A stretch of DNA of 32,281 nt from Myxococcota bacterium (GTDB lineage: Bacteria; Myxococcota_A; Polyangia; Polyangiales; Houyiibacteriaceae): contig JBCCEA010000040.1 of NCBI GenBank assembly GCA_039030515.1, positions 1 to 32,281 on the forward strand, given 5' to 3'. The notes below the pieces were generated by a model that saw nothing but the letters and a program-made list of their open reading frames with translations, was not told the origin of the DNA and searched no databases. Of the stretch, positions 8,516 to 18,294 are shown in pieces. Both the position numbers and the translations under genes were made by a program. Position 1 is the first letter of the stretch; each line of letters begins with the position of its first letter.

Positions 8516-10300
8516 TCAATGCTTGACCGGAGTAGCTTTGAGCGCGGTGCGCCCCTCTTTGATGTACACGGTGAACCGCACTTCGCTGGCTTTGTGCCTT
8601 GATTTGATCTGATCACGGTTTTTCTCAAGAGTCTTCGAGAAGCGCTCGAAGGTTAACCCCTGAGTATTCTCGCCGCACTGTCGCTTTGTGGCCACGAACT
8701 CTTCGAATATCTCTCGGAAGTGAGCCTGCTCCTGATCGAGTTCTTCTTCGTCCATACTGGCTTCGATCAACTCCTTAGGGATCTGCGCGATCATCGTCGC
8801 CCCTTCATCGTCGTCGCCATCGGTGAAGTCGGCCCTAGGGAACTGGTCTTCGCTCGGGTGTGGATGTGCCGCAGACGCATTTGAAGGGGGGTCTTTTGGA
8901 TCCGCAGTGGCCGGAACGAGGGGCTGCGGCTGCGGCTGTGCTCGTTCATGCGTGTCTTTTTGCTCACCTAGTGCTTGTGCCGGAACACCCAGCCCCTCAA
9001 ACGCGATGCCGGGTTTTGAGTCTTCAAGGGCTGCCAAAGGAGCTTTTGGAACTTCTTCTTCTTGCACCACCTGAGAAGCAAAGCCGAAGTAGGGCTGAGC
9101 GGGCTCCTCGTCTAGTGTCGGTCCGAGAATCTCATTGATGTCGGCGGGTCGTGATGGTTTTGGATCTCCCGAGGCATGATATCCCGCCTGATCAAGTGCA
9201 TCATTGATCTGGATTGCGATGGTTCTGAGGGGGGCGTTAAAATCTGCGGGAGCGAGCCGGTCACGTTCCTTCGATGCAAGCTGCTTCGTAGATCTGATGA
9301 AGACGCTCAGTGGACGATCGCGCTCGATGAACATGAAGAGTAGCGTTGCTGCGAAACCAACGCCGACGATTCCAATCACCATGGGGAGCAAGGACATCAC
9401 CTCATGCTGATCGGCGTTTAGCAAAAGGCTCCAAGGGTCGATTGGCTCCACGGCACGACGCACCACCACATACCCGACCTGAGCAAAGGAAGCGCTTCCC
9501 GTGACCAACTGGTACATGGCTCGCAGACCCCCCGCCAGATCGACAGGAACCGTCGGGCGTCCCTGCTTGAGTGACTCATTTTCCAGGAGAAGCTGCTCGA
9601 GAGGTTGAGACCACAACTCGCGAGTGCCGGTGGTATTGCCTGGAGGTAGGTAGCCGGCGACCATACGGTTTCGAAAGAAGAAGCCCACCGCAGATCCCGG
9701 CGCTTTTTCCCCTAGGTTCCGAGCAAAATTGTCGTCTATTTCCAGTCCATGAACCACTGCGCCAACGTACTGACCCCGATCCAGAACAGGTCGAGCTGCT
9801 ACCCGGTACACATCCTCCCCGAAGACCCAGACATCGTCTCTAAGGTAGCCCTCGAGCGCTTTGCGTACGAGAGGCATTTCATCAAGTGCGGCATTGCTGG
9901 GCAGTTCATCCACCCCGAGTGCAGCAACGATGGTGCCTGCTGCGTTGACGGCGAGCACCAGGTCTGCCTTTTGGCTGGGTTCCAGATTGTTGTTGACGCG
10001 TCTCAATGCAGATTTGACCGACCTCATCAAGTCGTTGCCTATCTGCTTGCTCTGATGTTGACTTGCTCGACGTAGACCGGTGATCGTTTCATCATCGGTG
10101 GCAAACGCAGTCGTCCACCCGATCTGGAGCATGGCCTGTTTGTTCAACCACATCTCGATCTGCCACTGATGTGAACTGAGTAGAACGTCTTCGTGGTGGT
10201 TCGAGCGAGTTTGCAAGTCTCCACAGGCGAGGTACGCGGCGGCGATCCCTGCCGCGGTCAGAAACGAAAGAACCAAGCTCCAGGCACGGGTAAGCAGCAC
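8516..10300 (-). CDS. MXAN_5187-family membrane protein (N-terminal TM, Cache-like periplasmic region, TM, acidic/Pro linker, MXAN_5187 C-terminal domain)
   Basis: C-terminus HFREIFEEFVATKRQCGE...LTFERF...VRFTVYIKEGRTALKATP is typical of the family. Two hydrophobic segments. The GTG start overlaps the TAG stop of the upstream gene by 1 nt. Confidence 0.8.
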   Translation of the reverse strand: MLLTRAWSLVLSFLTAAGIAAAYLACGDLQTRSNHHEDVLLSSHQWQIEMWLNKQAMLQIGWTTAFATDDETITGLRRASQHQSKQIGNDLMRSVKSALRRVNNNLEPSQKADLVLAVNAAGTIVAALGVDELPSNAALDEMPLVRKALEGYLRDDVWVFGEDVYRVAARPVLDRGQYVGAVVHGLEIDDNFARNLGEKAPGSAVGFFFRNRMVAGYLPPGNTTGTRELWSQPLEQLLLENESLKQGRPTVPVDLAGGLRAMYQLVTGSASFAQVGYVVVRRAVEPIDPWSLLLNADQHEVMSLLPMVIGIVGVGFAATLLFMFIERDRPLSVFIRSTKQLASKERDRLAPADFNAPLRTIAIQINDALDQAGYHASGDPKPSRPADINEILGPTLDEEPAQPYFGFASQVVQEEEVPKAPLAALEDSKPGIAFEGLGVPAQALGEQKDTHERAQPQPQPLVPATADPKDPPSNASAAHPHPSEDQFPRADFTDGDDDEGATMIAQIPKELIEASMDEEELDQEQAHFREIFEEFVATKRQCGENTQGLTFERFSKTLEKNRDQIKSRHKASEVRFTVYIKEGRTALKATPVKH

Positions 10301-11019
10301 TAGCGACGCTCCAGTTCGAGGGCGATCGGGTTGGAGATCTGAAGATCTTGGCCCGTCACAACTTCAATCTTCCGTGATGCGACGAACGTCCCCCCATAAG
10401 CGACTTTGAGCTCGTAATTTCCCGCCGGAACGGAATCAAATTGAAAAGAACCGTCGGGGCGAACCTCGGCACAGGCCACCAAGTTTTCGACGATATTCAG
10501 GTTCGCGATCACGTGACCGTAGAGACGATCCCGAATCTCGTGATGGCCCGCTTCATTCGGCGCGGAGAACGATCGAGCGTTGCCCGGAGCCGTGGAGAGG
10601 GCGCTAAAGCCATCGATAGTATCGGCGAAAAGCTCGTGCGGAAAGGGATCTGTGTTTTCGATCCGAACTTCGCTTCCCGCCTGCACCACTAAGGTCGTGG
10701 GTAGAAAGTTCCCTCCCTGAATCCGATAGCGGCAGTCTGACTCGCCACCGCCATCTCCGATCAATACAACCGCAAAATGTCGCTCAGGCTGAAATCGGAT
10801 GGTTCGACCTCGGACGAAGCCATTGGGCAGGCGCCAGTGATGTTGAGGTCGACGAGACGTTTCACGCTCGCCCTGCTGGTGGAGAGCATTGGGTATCTGC
10901 AAACGGCCCTGCACGGGAACCGCAAAGGCTGAATGAATGGCGAGCAAAGGAGCTAACATCACACCGAGAGTGAGCAGGGCGTAACACTGATGTCGCTGCG
11001 GTTTTTGGGGCGTGGCCAT
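10300..11019 (-). CDS. Secreted protein with cupredoxin-like and carboxypeptidase-regulatory-like (transthyretin-like) beta domains
   Basis: Signal peptide ending AFA. F.P..LVVQAGSEVRIEN.D.FPH is cupredoxin-like. DGSFQFDSVPAGNYELKV is prealbumin-like. Confidence 0.65.
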   Translation of the reverse strand: MATPQKPQRHQCYALLTLGVMLAPLLAIHSAFAVPVQGRLQIPNALHQQGERETSRRPQHHWRLPNGFVRGRTIRFQPERHFAVVLIGDGGGESDCRYRIQGGNFLPTTLVVQAGSEVRIENTDPFPHELFADTIDGFSALSTAPGNARSFSAPNEAGHHEIRDRLYGHVIANLNIVENLVACAEVRPDGSFQFDSVPAGNYELKVAYGGTFVASRKIEVVTGQDLQISNPIALELERR

Positions 11020-11106
11020 GAAAACCTATTGTCTTCCGTCGGGTTTCCGAAACGTCGCTATGGTAGCCGCCCACGAGAAGCTTGGTCAATTGTCTGAGCT
11101 CGAACC

Positions 11107-11400
11107 TCAAAGTTCCGAGAATAGGCCCTCAATGCACTGTGCGAGGTGGAAATCCTTGAGCGTAATCCCTCCTGCATCATGGGTCGTGAGCTCGATCCGG
11201 AGCCTTCGGTGGACCCACTGCAGTTCAGGGTGATGGTTGGCCCCCTCGGCGAGATCGCCGATGCGTTGAATCAGCTGCAGTGCGTGGCGGGCGGTTTTTG
11301 CCTGGAACTCGCGTGCGATGCGATCCTGTTCATGCGTCCAGTGGGTCAAATCTTTGAGTTTGCCGGCTACGGCGTCCGAATCGAGCTTGGTTTGCATCAT
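11107..11400 (-). CDS. phhB: Pterin-4-alpha-carbinolamine dehydratase
   Basis: 97 aa with motifs AEGANHHPEL and LTTHDAGGITLKDF. Confidence 0.93.
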   Translation of the reverse strand: MMQTKLDSDAVAGKLKDLTHWTHEQDRIAREFQAKTARHALQLIQRIGDLAEGANHHPELQWVHRRLRIELTTHDAGGITLKDFHLAQCIEGLFSEL

Positions 11401-11471
11401 CGAGTGGTCTCCAGAGCGTAAGAGATTGAGTTTCGGTCGTATGGTTCCGGGCGAATCCGAGGTTTCGCGAC

Positions 11472-11801
11472 TCAGAAAAGCAATTCGGAGCTGGCTGATT
11501 CTCCGCCCTTCTGTTCTAGGATAGCGTTCAGTGCGCGGAGGATACGCTTCTTGGCTTTGGAACTGACCGGTTGGCCGAGAATCGCAGCATTCAGCAATAG
11601 AGGCGTCACCGGTTTGCCGGATCTCGCTTGTTTCGAAGCGACCGTCTTGAGTTCCTCCTGATCGCTACCCCGACGTACCTTTGTCCTCGCCATGCGAACG
11701 ATGCGGTCCTCGGGTCGGAGTTTTTCGATGCGACGGCTGGTGGCGAGTAGTCGACGCCGGTCGATTTTGTGGTTTGAGAGAAAATCAGCAAACTTACTCA
11801 T
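11472..11801 (-). CDS. Small basic hypothetical protein
   Basis: Strong SD (AGGAGG, 11813-11818) upstream of the ATG. Very R/K-rich and helical, same orientation as its neighbours. Confidence 0.75.
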   Translation of the reverse strand: MSKFADFLSNHKIDRRRLLATSRRIEKLRPEDRIVRMARTKVRRGSDQEELKTVASKQARSGKPVTPLLLNAAILGQPVSSKAKKRILRALNAILEQKGGESASSELLF

Positions 11802-12035
11802 GATCTTAGAAACCTCCTATTGCCCAAATCAAGGCAAGCGCACCGTAGTAGATCCTGGCCGCACGGCCACGACCGATTGGTTCTAAAGTTTTCAGTTCCG
11901 CAACTGGGCACGAGACGCAAGGCGGTTGGTCGTTCTCACGTCCGTTGGCTAGAGAGACGGCTGGTTTGGTAGTTCCTAGACGAGGGTGCCTCTCGCAGAG
12001 ACCGGGGGACTACCGTCCGAGAGTGCTCCCTGAGT

Positions 12036-12887
12036 TCAGCTTTGAGGACATCCCTGAAAGCAGTTTGTCCCCCCAGTACAGGCGGGGGCGCATGCAAAGC
12101 TTGTAGAAGAGCCACCGGCGCCGTACACCAGACAGCAATTGAGTCCAGTGCTGCATCGATCAGCGCTGGGATCACAAGAGTCTCCCGACACCAGCGTTGG
12201 GGGGCCGACAATACAAGTTCCACCGCGATCTCCGCCGCCAGATAGTGGGGGTTGGCTCCAGTCACAAAATAGATGCTCGGTGCAGCATTCGACCTCTCGG
12301 TTGCATCCCTGATATCGTTGCGCGCATCGCCCCCCCTGACCTGAATCTTGCGCGCCTGCATCGGAGCAATCTGATGCTGGTGGAACGACCTCCCGGATCC
12401 ACATTCCTTCGCGACATCTTAGTTCATCGCAATATTCGCAGCTTGCGAACAAGCAACTGCTGCATCTCTGACCCTCATGCGTGCAGGATGTTCCCATGCC
12501 GGCGGATACCGATTCTGGGCATTCAAAATTACCCAGAGCACCTTTGTTTCCTTCAGGCTCTTCTTGGCATAGCGAGGTGTCTGGATCGCATCCTAGTCCA
12601 AAGCAGCAGGGCAAAGCTGTGTCGCAGGTTTCTCCGGCACGAGCGCAGAGCGAGCGCGTTTCTGCGTCCGTGTCGACATCCACGATGGTCACAGAGTCGG
12701 TGCATGCGGTAAGTAGAACTCCGGCCGCAGCCAAACCCACGCTCCAAAAGGAGATCGTCCTTATCGCGTCGGCAAATCGTGCGAACTCAGAAGACTGAAT
12801 CTTCTGCAGTTTGCTCAAACCGGCGCTCTGAATACGTCTCGAGAAGGAATGTAGGAGTTGATTCCAGAGGCGTTGACTGCGTGGCAT
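12036..12887 (-). CDS. Cys-rich lipoprotein with three C-X6-C-X5-CC (knottin-like) modules
   Basis: Hydrophobic stretch plus lipobox-like LLTAC, regularly spaced Cys modules and a DAG linker. Start uncertain. Confidence 0.7.
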   Translation of the reverse strand: MPRSQRLWNQLLHSFSRRIQSAGLSKLQKIQSSEFARFADAIRTISFWSVGLAAAGVLLTACTDSVTIVDVDTDAETRSLCARAGETCDTALPCCFGLGCDPDTSLCQEEPEGNKGALGNFECPESVSAGMGTSCTHEGQRCSSCLFASCEYCDELRCREGMWIREVVPPASDCSDAGAQDSGQGGRCAQRYQGCNREVECCTEHLFCDWSQPPLSGGGDRGGTCIVGPPTLVSGDSCDPSADRCSTGLNCCLVYGAGGSSTSFACAPACTGGTNCFQGCPQS

Positions 12888-12996
12888 TGAGTTCGGTATA
12901 CGGTCTTCCGGTCAGGCATGCCAGTAGACCGATGGCATGCGTCACCCCAGTACGTCGATCGAATCCCACGATTCCAGAGGACGTCTCCGTAGTGGG

Positions 12997-13079
<83 letters not shown>

Positions 13080-13197
13080 CAGAAGAGCCCAACCCTAGCA
13101 CGGCCTCATAGCGTCGCCCGCGAAAACCTCGGGAGTCTGATGTTTGGACGCTACGTCTGCTGCGGGCCGAGTACACAGCGTCTTTTTTGACATCCCG

Positions 13198-14931
13198 TTA
13201 GGCGTTGTTCTTCTGTGAGATCTCGACCAGAGATTCGCTGGTGGTATGGCCCTGCTCGCTTGGCGCGTTGAAGTCCTCTATGAGCTCCCGGCACTCTGGG
13301 CGGTCTCTCAGGTGGCGGATGAGGAGAGCCGACGATTCGGTGAATTCTTTTTCGTATCCCAGAGCCTCTCGAACGCGGGTTGCGATTCGTTCTCGACCGG
13401 CTGCAAGATCGTTTTCAAGCGCCTCACTGTAGCGCTGAAGTTGTGCTCTCAAATCCTCGATTTGTCTTCGTAGTGCTCCTGCCGACTCTTCCTTCATCGA
13501 TGCCCGTCGTTCGTGCTCGGTGATGAAACTAGTTAAGGCTTCCACATGAGCACGTGCACTGCCCGACTCCTCAAATACGCGACGGAGTTCTCGCATCTTA
13601 CCCCCTGCTCCCGCTGCTCGCTCAGCCGCGGAGTGGGTTTCCTTCAGATGGGCTTCTGACTGAACTCGTTTGTTGGTGAGGTGCTCTGCCCGCTCGCGCT
13701 CTGTGCGTGCCTCGCGCAAAGCCCTCGACTCGTCTTGGGCGAGTTCCTCAACTTTTCTACCGATCTCGGCGCGCAACGCGCGGCCTCGTCTCTCGATCGC
13801 CTCGAGTTTGCGCGAGTGACTGGCCAGCTCACCTTCAAGTTTGGAAGCGCGAGCGGCGAGTTCCCACATCCGATCGGTGGCTTGTTGAACCCCGTCTGGC
13901 GCCCTGCCGTTTGGGTAGGCACGTGCGGTGGCCCGCAGAAAGTTGGCTGCTCGACGGCTCCATTCAACCACCCCAGGGGATGGCGCCGGAGGAGGAGGAG
14001 GAGCCGCTTGGGCCGAAGGCGTGCTGCCGGGTTGCACGTCCCATTGACGCGAAGGGAGTCCCCGCTGAAGCTGCTTGAGTTCTTCTCTTAAGTGATGGCC
14101 GTCTTGAAACCTCTTCCGGGGGTCTTTTTCCAAGAGTCGCAGAGTGATCCTCTCGGCCGCTTCCGGCAGATCCTTCCGCATCGAAGAGGGTTTGGGCGCC
14201 GGAGCACTTCGCTGCATTTCGAGTAGCGTGTCGCGATCGCTCGATCGAAAAGGAAGCTGTCCCGTGAGCATTTCATAAAAGAGGATTCCCAGCGCGTACA
14301 GATCGCTGCTCGCAGTGGCGTCCTCCCCGCGGGCCTGCTCTGGAGACATGTATTCCGGCGTGCCAAAAACGGCCCCCTTCGGCGCGAGTCGCGGATCTCG
14401 AGCCAGTGCTGCAAGCCCAAAGTCCAATATCTTGACGAAATCTTCTCGGCCACCTCTGGAGGTGAGCATGATGTTGTCGCTTTTCAGATCGCGGTGCACA
14501 ACGCCGAGGTCATGAGCGCGGGACAGAGCGGCGGACATCTGCTCGAGAATATCCACGCTGCGGGTTAGCTGGAGTGGTCCTTTGGCGATGATCGAGGAGA
14601 GCGCAGTGCCCACCAAGTACTCCATCACCAGATAGAGTTCCCCTTCCTCTGTTTCGCCCACGTCGTGTATGTCGACGATGTGGGCGTGGTCGACGCGGTT
14701 CGCCGCCCTCGCTTCCCGAAGCATCCAAGCTCTCAGATGCGTTTCGCCACGCAAATCTGGACGGATGAGCTTGAGCGCGATGACCCGATCGATCAGCACA
14801 TGTCGGGCGCGATAGACCACGCCCATGCCTCCCTCACCGAGTCGGGCTTCAAGTCGATATCTGCCGGCCACGACCTTACCCAGATAGGGGTCACGGCTAC
14901 GGCTGCGGGATTTTGTTTTTGTCACCGCCAT
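13198..14931 (-). CDS. Ser/Thr protein kinase with C-terminal coiled coil
   Basis: Motifs LGEGGMGVVY, ALK, HRDLKSDN, DFG and GTPEYMSPEQ, then a Pro linker and a long E/R/A-rich heptad region. Start set at MAVTKTK (14931) because the ORF-track extension overlaps the divergent kinase. Confidence 0.93.
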   Translation of the reverse strand: MAVTKTKSRSRSRDPYLGKVVAGRYRLEARLGEGGMGVVYRARHVLIDRVIALKLIRPDLRGETHLRAWMLREARAANRVDHAHIVDIHDVGETEEGELYLVMEYLVGTALSSIIAKGPLQLTRSVDILEQMSAALSRAHDLGVVHRDLKSDNIMLTSRGGREDFVKILDFGLAALARDPRLAPKGAVFGTPEYMSPEQARGEDATASSDLYALGILFYEMLTGQLPFRSSDRDTLLEMQRSAPAPKPSSMRKDLPEAAERITLRLLEKDPRKRFQDGHHLREELKQLQRGLPSRQWDVQPGSTPSAQAAPPPPPAPSPGVVEWSRRAANFLRATARAYPNGRAPDGVQQATDRMWELAARASKLEGELASHSRKLEAIERRGRALRAEIGRKVEELAQDESRALREARTERERAEHLTNKRVQSEAHLKETHSAAERAAGAGGKMRELRRVFEESGSARAHVEALTSFITEHERRASMKEESAGALRRQIEDLRAQLQRYSEALENDLAAGRERIATRVREALGYEKEFTESSALLIRHLRDRPECRELIEDFNAPSEQGHTTSESLVEISQKNNA

Positions 14932-15058
14932 AAACGCATCCCGATGATACACAAACAAAGGGCGAAGGAAGCTCCCATTAATTTTTCCTAAGCCGGACCG
15001 TACCTTTTTGAGACTACGTTTGTGCTGAAAGCGTATCTTCGGCGGCACAGGTAAGGGT

Positions 15059-17020
15059 GTGGTGTACCAGCCGATCGGCCCATATCTGATCGAACGATGT
15101 CTCGCCACGGGCGGGATGGCGGAAGTATTTGTTGCGGTCCGAACGGGGCCGCACGGATTCCGCAAACGCGTTGCCTTCAAGCGGATCCTGCCGAGATACG
15201 CAAGAGATCCAGATTTCGTTTCGATGTTCGTTGGTGAAGCGCGCCTAGCGGCTCGTTTGGAACATACCAATATCGTACATGTATTCGACTTTGGAGAGCT
15301 TGAGGGGCAGCTCTTTCTCACCATGGAGCTCGTCGAGGGCACAAACGTCAGCCGCATGGTCCGTTCCGTATCCAGTCGCGCCGAGGCTGTACCTCTCGAG
15401 GTTGCCCTTTCGATCTGCGCCGAAACAGCTCACGCGTTGGCCTACGCCCATGAGCTGGCGCAAGACAATGGTGAACCCCTGCAGGTGGTTCACCGGGACG
15501 TGAGCCCCGCAAATATTCTTTTGACCTCGACAGGTCACGTAAAGCTGACCGACTTTGGGATCGCGAAGTGCGCGCTCCGGGAGGGGGTGACCGAAGAGGG
15601 GCATGTCCGAGGCAAGCTCGGCTACATGTCTCCGGAACAGGTGATGGGCAAAGAGCTTGCGGGGGCAAGCGATGTGTTCACGCTGTCTACCGTGCTCGCG
15701 GAGATGCTCATCGCAGAACCGCTTTTTGGCGGTGGTGTCGAACTCGACGCCCTCATCAAGATTCGGAATGTCGATCTCACGCGTCTCTACGCCTCCGAAC
15801 GACATCTTCCCAAAGACGTACTCCGACTGGTGGAAAAGGGTCTTGCTCGGGATCCCGTCGACAGGCTTTCGGCGCGAGCCTTTGCGCGAGGGTGTGAGGA
15901 GATCATTCGCAGGCGAGGGTTGGAGCATGGTCCGGCGCAAGTAGTTCGTCTCGGTCGTCGATTGCAGCTCTTCGAGACCCACAACGAAGACCCAGCGTGC
16001 GAGTCCGGCTCGGGGGTCAACTCGTTTGCCGATACCACCGGCATTACGGTGCGGTCCGAAAAGATGGCCGATGATTTCAGGATAGATACCCCACTTACCT
16101 ACCGAATCCGATTCAAAGACGGTGAAGAAGTTGGCCCGCTGTCTTACTCCAGGCTCATCCAAGAAATACTCGCCGGTCGCGTGGCCCAATCCACTTTGGT
16201 CTCACGTTCTGAACACCCGTTTTCCCCGGCATCAGAGGTTCCAGAGCTGGGGCGCATCGTCAATTCCAAGGCGCTTCTCTTCGGTTTGGACGATCTGAGT
16301 CACGCTGACAGAAGCGGCTCTCTTGGACGCGCAGCCTTGCTGCAGGCCGTACACCGGATCACTCACCAATACGAGACAGGTGTGCTCCATCTATGGCATG
16401 GCGTACGTCGTAAGAAGATCTACTTCGTCGAGGGGCGTCCTGATTTTGTGGCCTCGACAGAGAAGTCTGAGCTGCTCGGGGAGTTTCTCGCTCACACGGG
16501 ATGGTGTCTTCGGATGGAGGTCGATATGGCTTTGGCCATGATGCCTCGGTACGGAGGTCGTCTCGGTGATGCGCTGGTCGGTCTGGGCATCCTTCGCCCC
16601 GTTCAACTCTACCGGGCGGTGGCTGCGCAAGTTCGGGAACGATATCTGGACGCTTTTCGATGGCGGCAAGGTAGGTATGCGTTTGTTTCTGGAATCCGTG
16701 CAGAGGAGGAAACATTTCCCCTCGGCTACAGCGTGCATGAACTGCTTCGAGATGCGGTCCAGTACGCAGACATCGATGAACTTAAGGCGGCACTTCAAGG
16801 ATTCCGCATGCAGGTGATCCACCGAAGCGTTCAACCACCCACCTCGATCGAAGCGTATCGGCTTCCAGAATCTTGGGAACGTTTGGTGACTGCCGTGCGA
16901 GGTGACGCGACGCTTGAGGCGTTTGTCGAAAGAGAAACCCGAGCTCGCGACATGGAACTCGATCAGATGTATCGGGCGCTTTTTCTTGGCCTATGTTGTG
17001 AGCTGATCGACGTAGCCTGA
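15059..17020 (+). CDS. Ser/Thr protein kinase with GYF_2-like and DUF4388-like C-terminal domains
   Basis: Motifs GGMAEVF, HRDVSPAN, DFG and GKLGYMSPEQ. YRIRFKDGEEVGPLS is GYF_2-like. TGVLHL..KKIYFVEGRP..LLGEFL..RLGDALV is DUF4388-like. Confidence 0.9.
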   Translation: MVYQPIGPYLIERCLATGGMAEVFVAVRTGPHGFRKRVAFKRILPRYARDPDFVSMFVGEARLAARLEHTNIVHVFDFGELEGQLFLTMELVEGTNVSRMVRSVSSRAEAVPLEVALSICAETAHALAYAHELAQDNGEPLQVVHRDVSPANILLTSTGHVKLTDFGIAKCALREGVTEEGHVRGKLGYMSPEQVMGKELAGASDVFTLSTVLAEMLIAEPLFGGGVELDALIKIRNVDLTRLYASERHLPKDVLRLVEKGLARDPVDRLSARAFARGCEEIIRRRGLEHGPAQVVRLGRRLQLFETHNEDPACESGSGVNSFADTTGITVRSEKMADDFRIDTPLTYRIRFKDGEEVGPLSYSRLIQEILAGRVAQSTLVSRSEHPFSPASEVPELGRIVNSKALLFGLDDLSHADRSGSLGRAALLQAVHRITHQYETGVLHLWHGVRRKKIYFVEGRPDFVASTEKSELLGEFLAHTGWCLRMEVDMALAMMPRYGGRLGDALVGLGILRPVQLYRAVAAQVRERYLDAFRWRQGRYAFVSGIRAEEETFPLGYSVHELLRDAVQYADIDELKAALQGFRMQVIHRSVQPPTSIEAYRLPESWERLVTAVRGDATLEAFVERETRARDMELDQMYRALFLGLCCELIDVA

Positions 17021-17211
17021 CGATGTGAGCGAAGGCCGAAGTTTGTTCCTTCGGTCCGGAAAAAGAGCCTTTACGTTCGAGATCTAAGTCCAGTTCAAAT
17101 TATGAGTTCTTTTTTCGGTGAGGCTTGTCAACCTGCACCAAAGACCTTGACCTTACGCTTTCGGTGGTTCCCGTTTATTCTGCTGCACCTACTCACCCGC
17201 ACTGATCTTTA

Positions 17212-18045
17212 ATGAAAGCAATCATGGGCCACTTTGAACTTACCGTCCCCGAGAACGGCACACCGCTTCTCGTGGAGATTCCCCACGCCGGACTCACCAT
17301 TCCCCCGGAAGTGCAGCCTCAGCTGGACGTGCCGCCCGACGCGATCTTAAGGGATGCCGACATCTACGTGGACCGCCTTTACGAGCGTTGTGCCGAGCGA
17401 GGTGCCACTCGGCTTGCGGCCAAACTCAGCCGATATGTCGTCGATCTCAATCGCTCGGCTGATGACGTCGACGCTGAGACCGTTCCGGAGCATCCGAAGC
17501 CCAGAGCACTCCAGCCCCGAGGTGTGGTGTGGCGGATGACCACCGACGGGCGCTCTGTGTTGCGAAAGCCGCTGAGCTATTCGGGATTGCAGAAGCGTAT
17601 CGAACAATATCATCGCCCCTACCACGATACGCTAAGAAGAGAACTGGAACGATTGCGGGCAACACATGGTTTTGCGGTCCTGCTTGCTGCGCACTCAATG
17701 CCGTCGGTGGGAAGATGGGGACATACCGATACCGGGACGCGTCGCGCGGATATCGTACCCGGAACTCAGGGCCGAAGCACTGCCCACCCTGAGGTAGTCG
17801 ACCTGGTGGATTCTCATTTTCGCGCGGCAGGCCTATCGGTCCGTCACGACGATCCGTACCGAGGGGGATACACTACGGCGCACTACGGGCGGCCTAGTGA
17901 ACACTGGCACGCGATTCAAATAGAGCTGAATCGAGCGCTTTACGTGGACGAGTCTACGGCACAGCCGAAACAAGGAGATTTCGAAGCGCTTCAAAAGGTT
18001 CTCCTCGAGCTGGTAGCCTGCCTTGGTGCGCTCACGCTAGGTTGA
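17212..18045 (+). CDS. N-formylglutamate amidohydrolase family protein
   Basis: Motifs PLLVEIPHAG, SRYVVDLNR, YHRPYH, AHSMPS, PYRGGYTT and HAIQIELNRALY. Confidence 0.92.
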   Translation: MKAIMGHFELTVPENGTPLLVEIPHAGLTIPPEVQPQLDVPPDAILRDADIYVDRLYERCAERGATRLAAKLSRYVVDLNRSADDVDAETVPEHPKPRALQPRGVVWRMTTDGRSVLRKPLSYSGLQKRIEQYHRPYHDTLRRELERLRATHGFAVLLAAHSMPSVGRWGHTDTGTRRADIVPGTQGRSTAHPEVVDLVDSHFRAAGLSVRHDDPYRGGYTTAHYGRPSEHWHAIQIELNRALYVDESTAQPKQGDFEALQKVLLELVACLGALTLG

Positions 18046-18294
18046 CGTCGTCAGGCATAACACCGGTGTGGCCTGCTCCGGAGCAACATACATCAGTTTG
18101 ATGAGACACCGGATCGATGACGCCGCTAAACGGCTTCATCAGCTACCGAGTGAGGTCTAAAGCAGTCCCCCATTTGTGGACTGCCGTGCTGCGTCATCGG
18201 TGTACTCAAAACGATCGAGGGACGCTATCCGGGTTGAGGCCGACTTCTGCAGCACCCAAAGCCCCTCGCGGTAGTAGAAAATATCCGGTAGAAA

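Noticed and set aside
14932..15357. 141-aa N-terminal extension of the minus-strand kinase in the ORF track
   Set aside because: It is the antisense shadow of the divergent kinase. The kinase domain begins just after MAVTKTK at 14931.
17035..17066. Terminator after the second kinase
   Set aside because: The hairpin GGCCGAAG/CTTCGGTC is followed by an A-run rather than a U-run on the coding strand, so support is weak.
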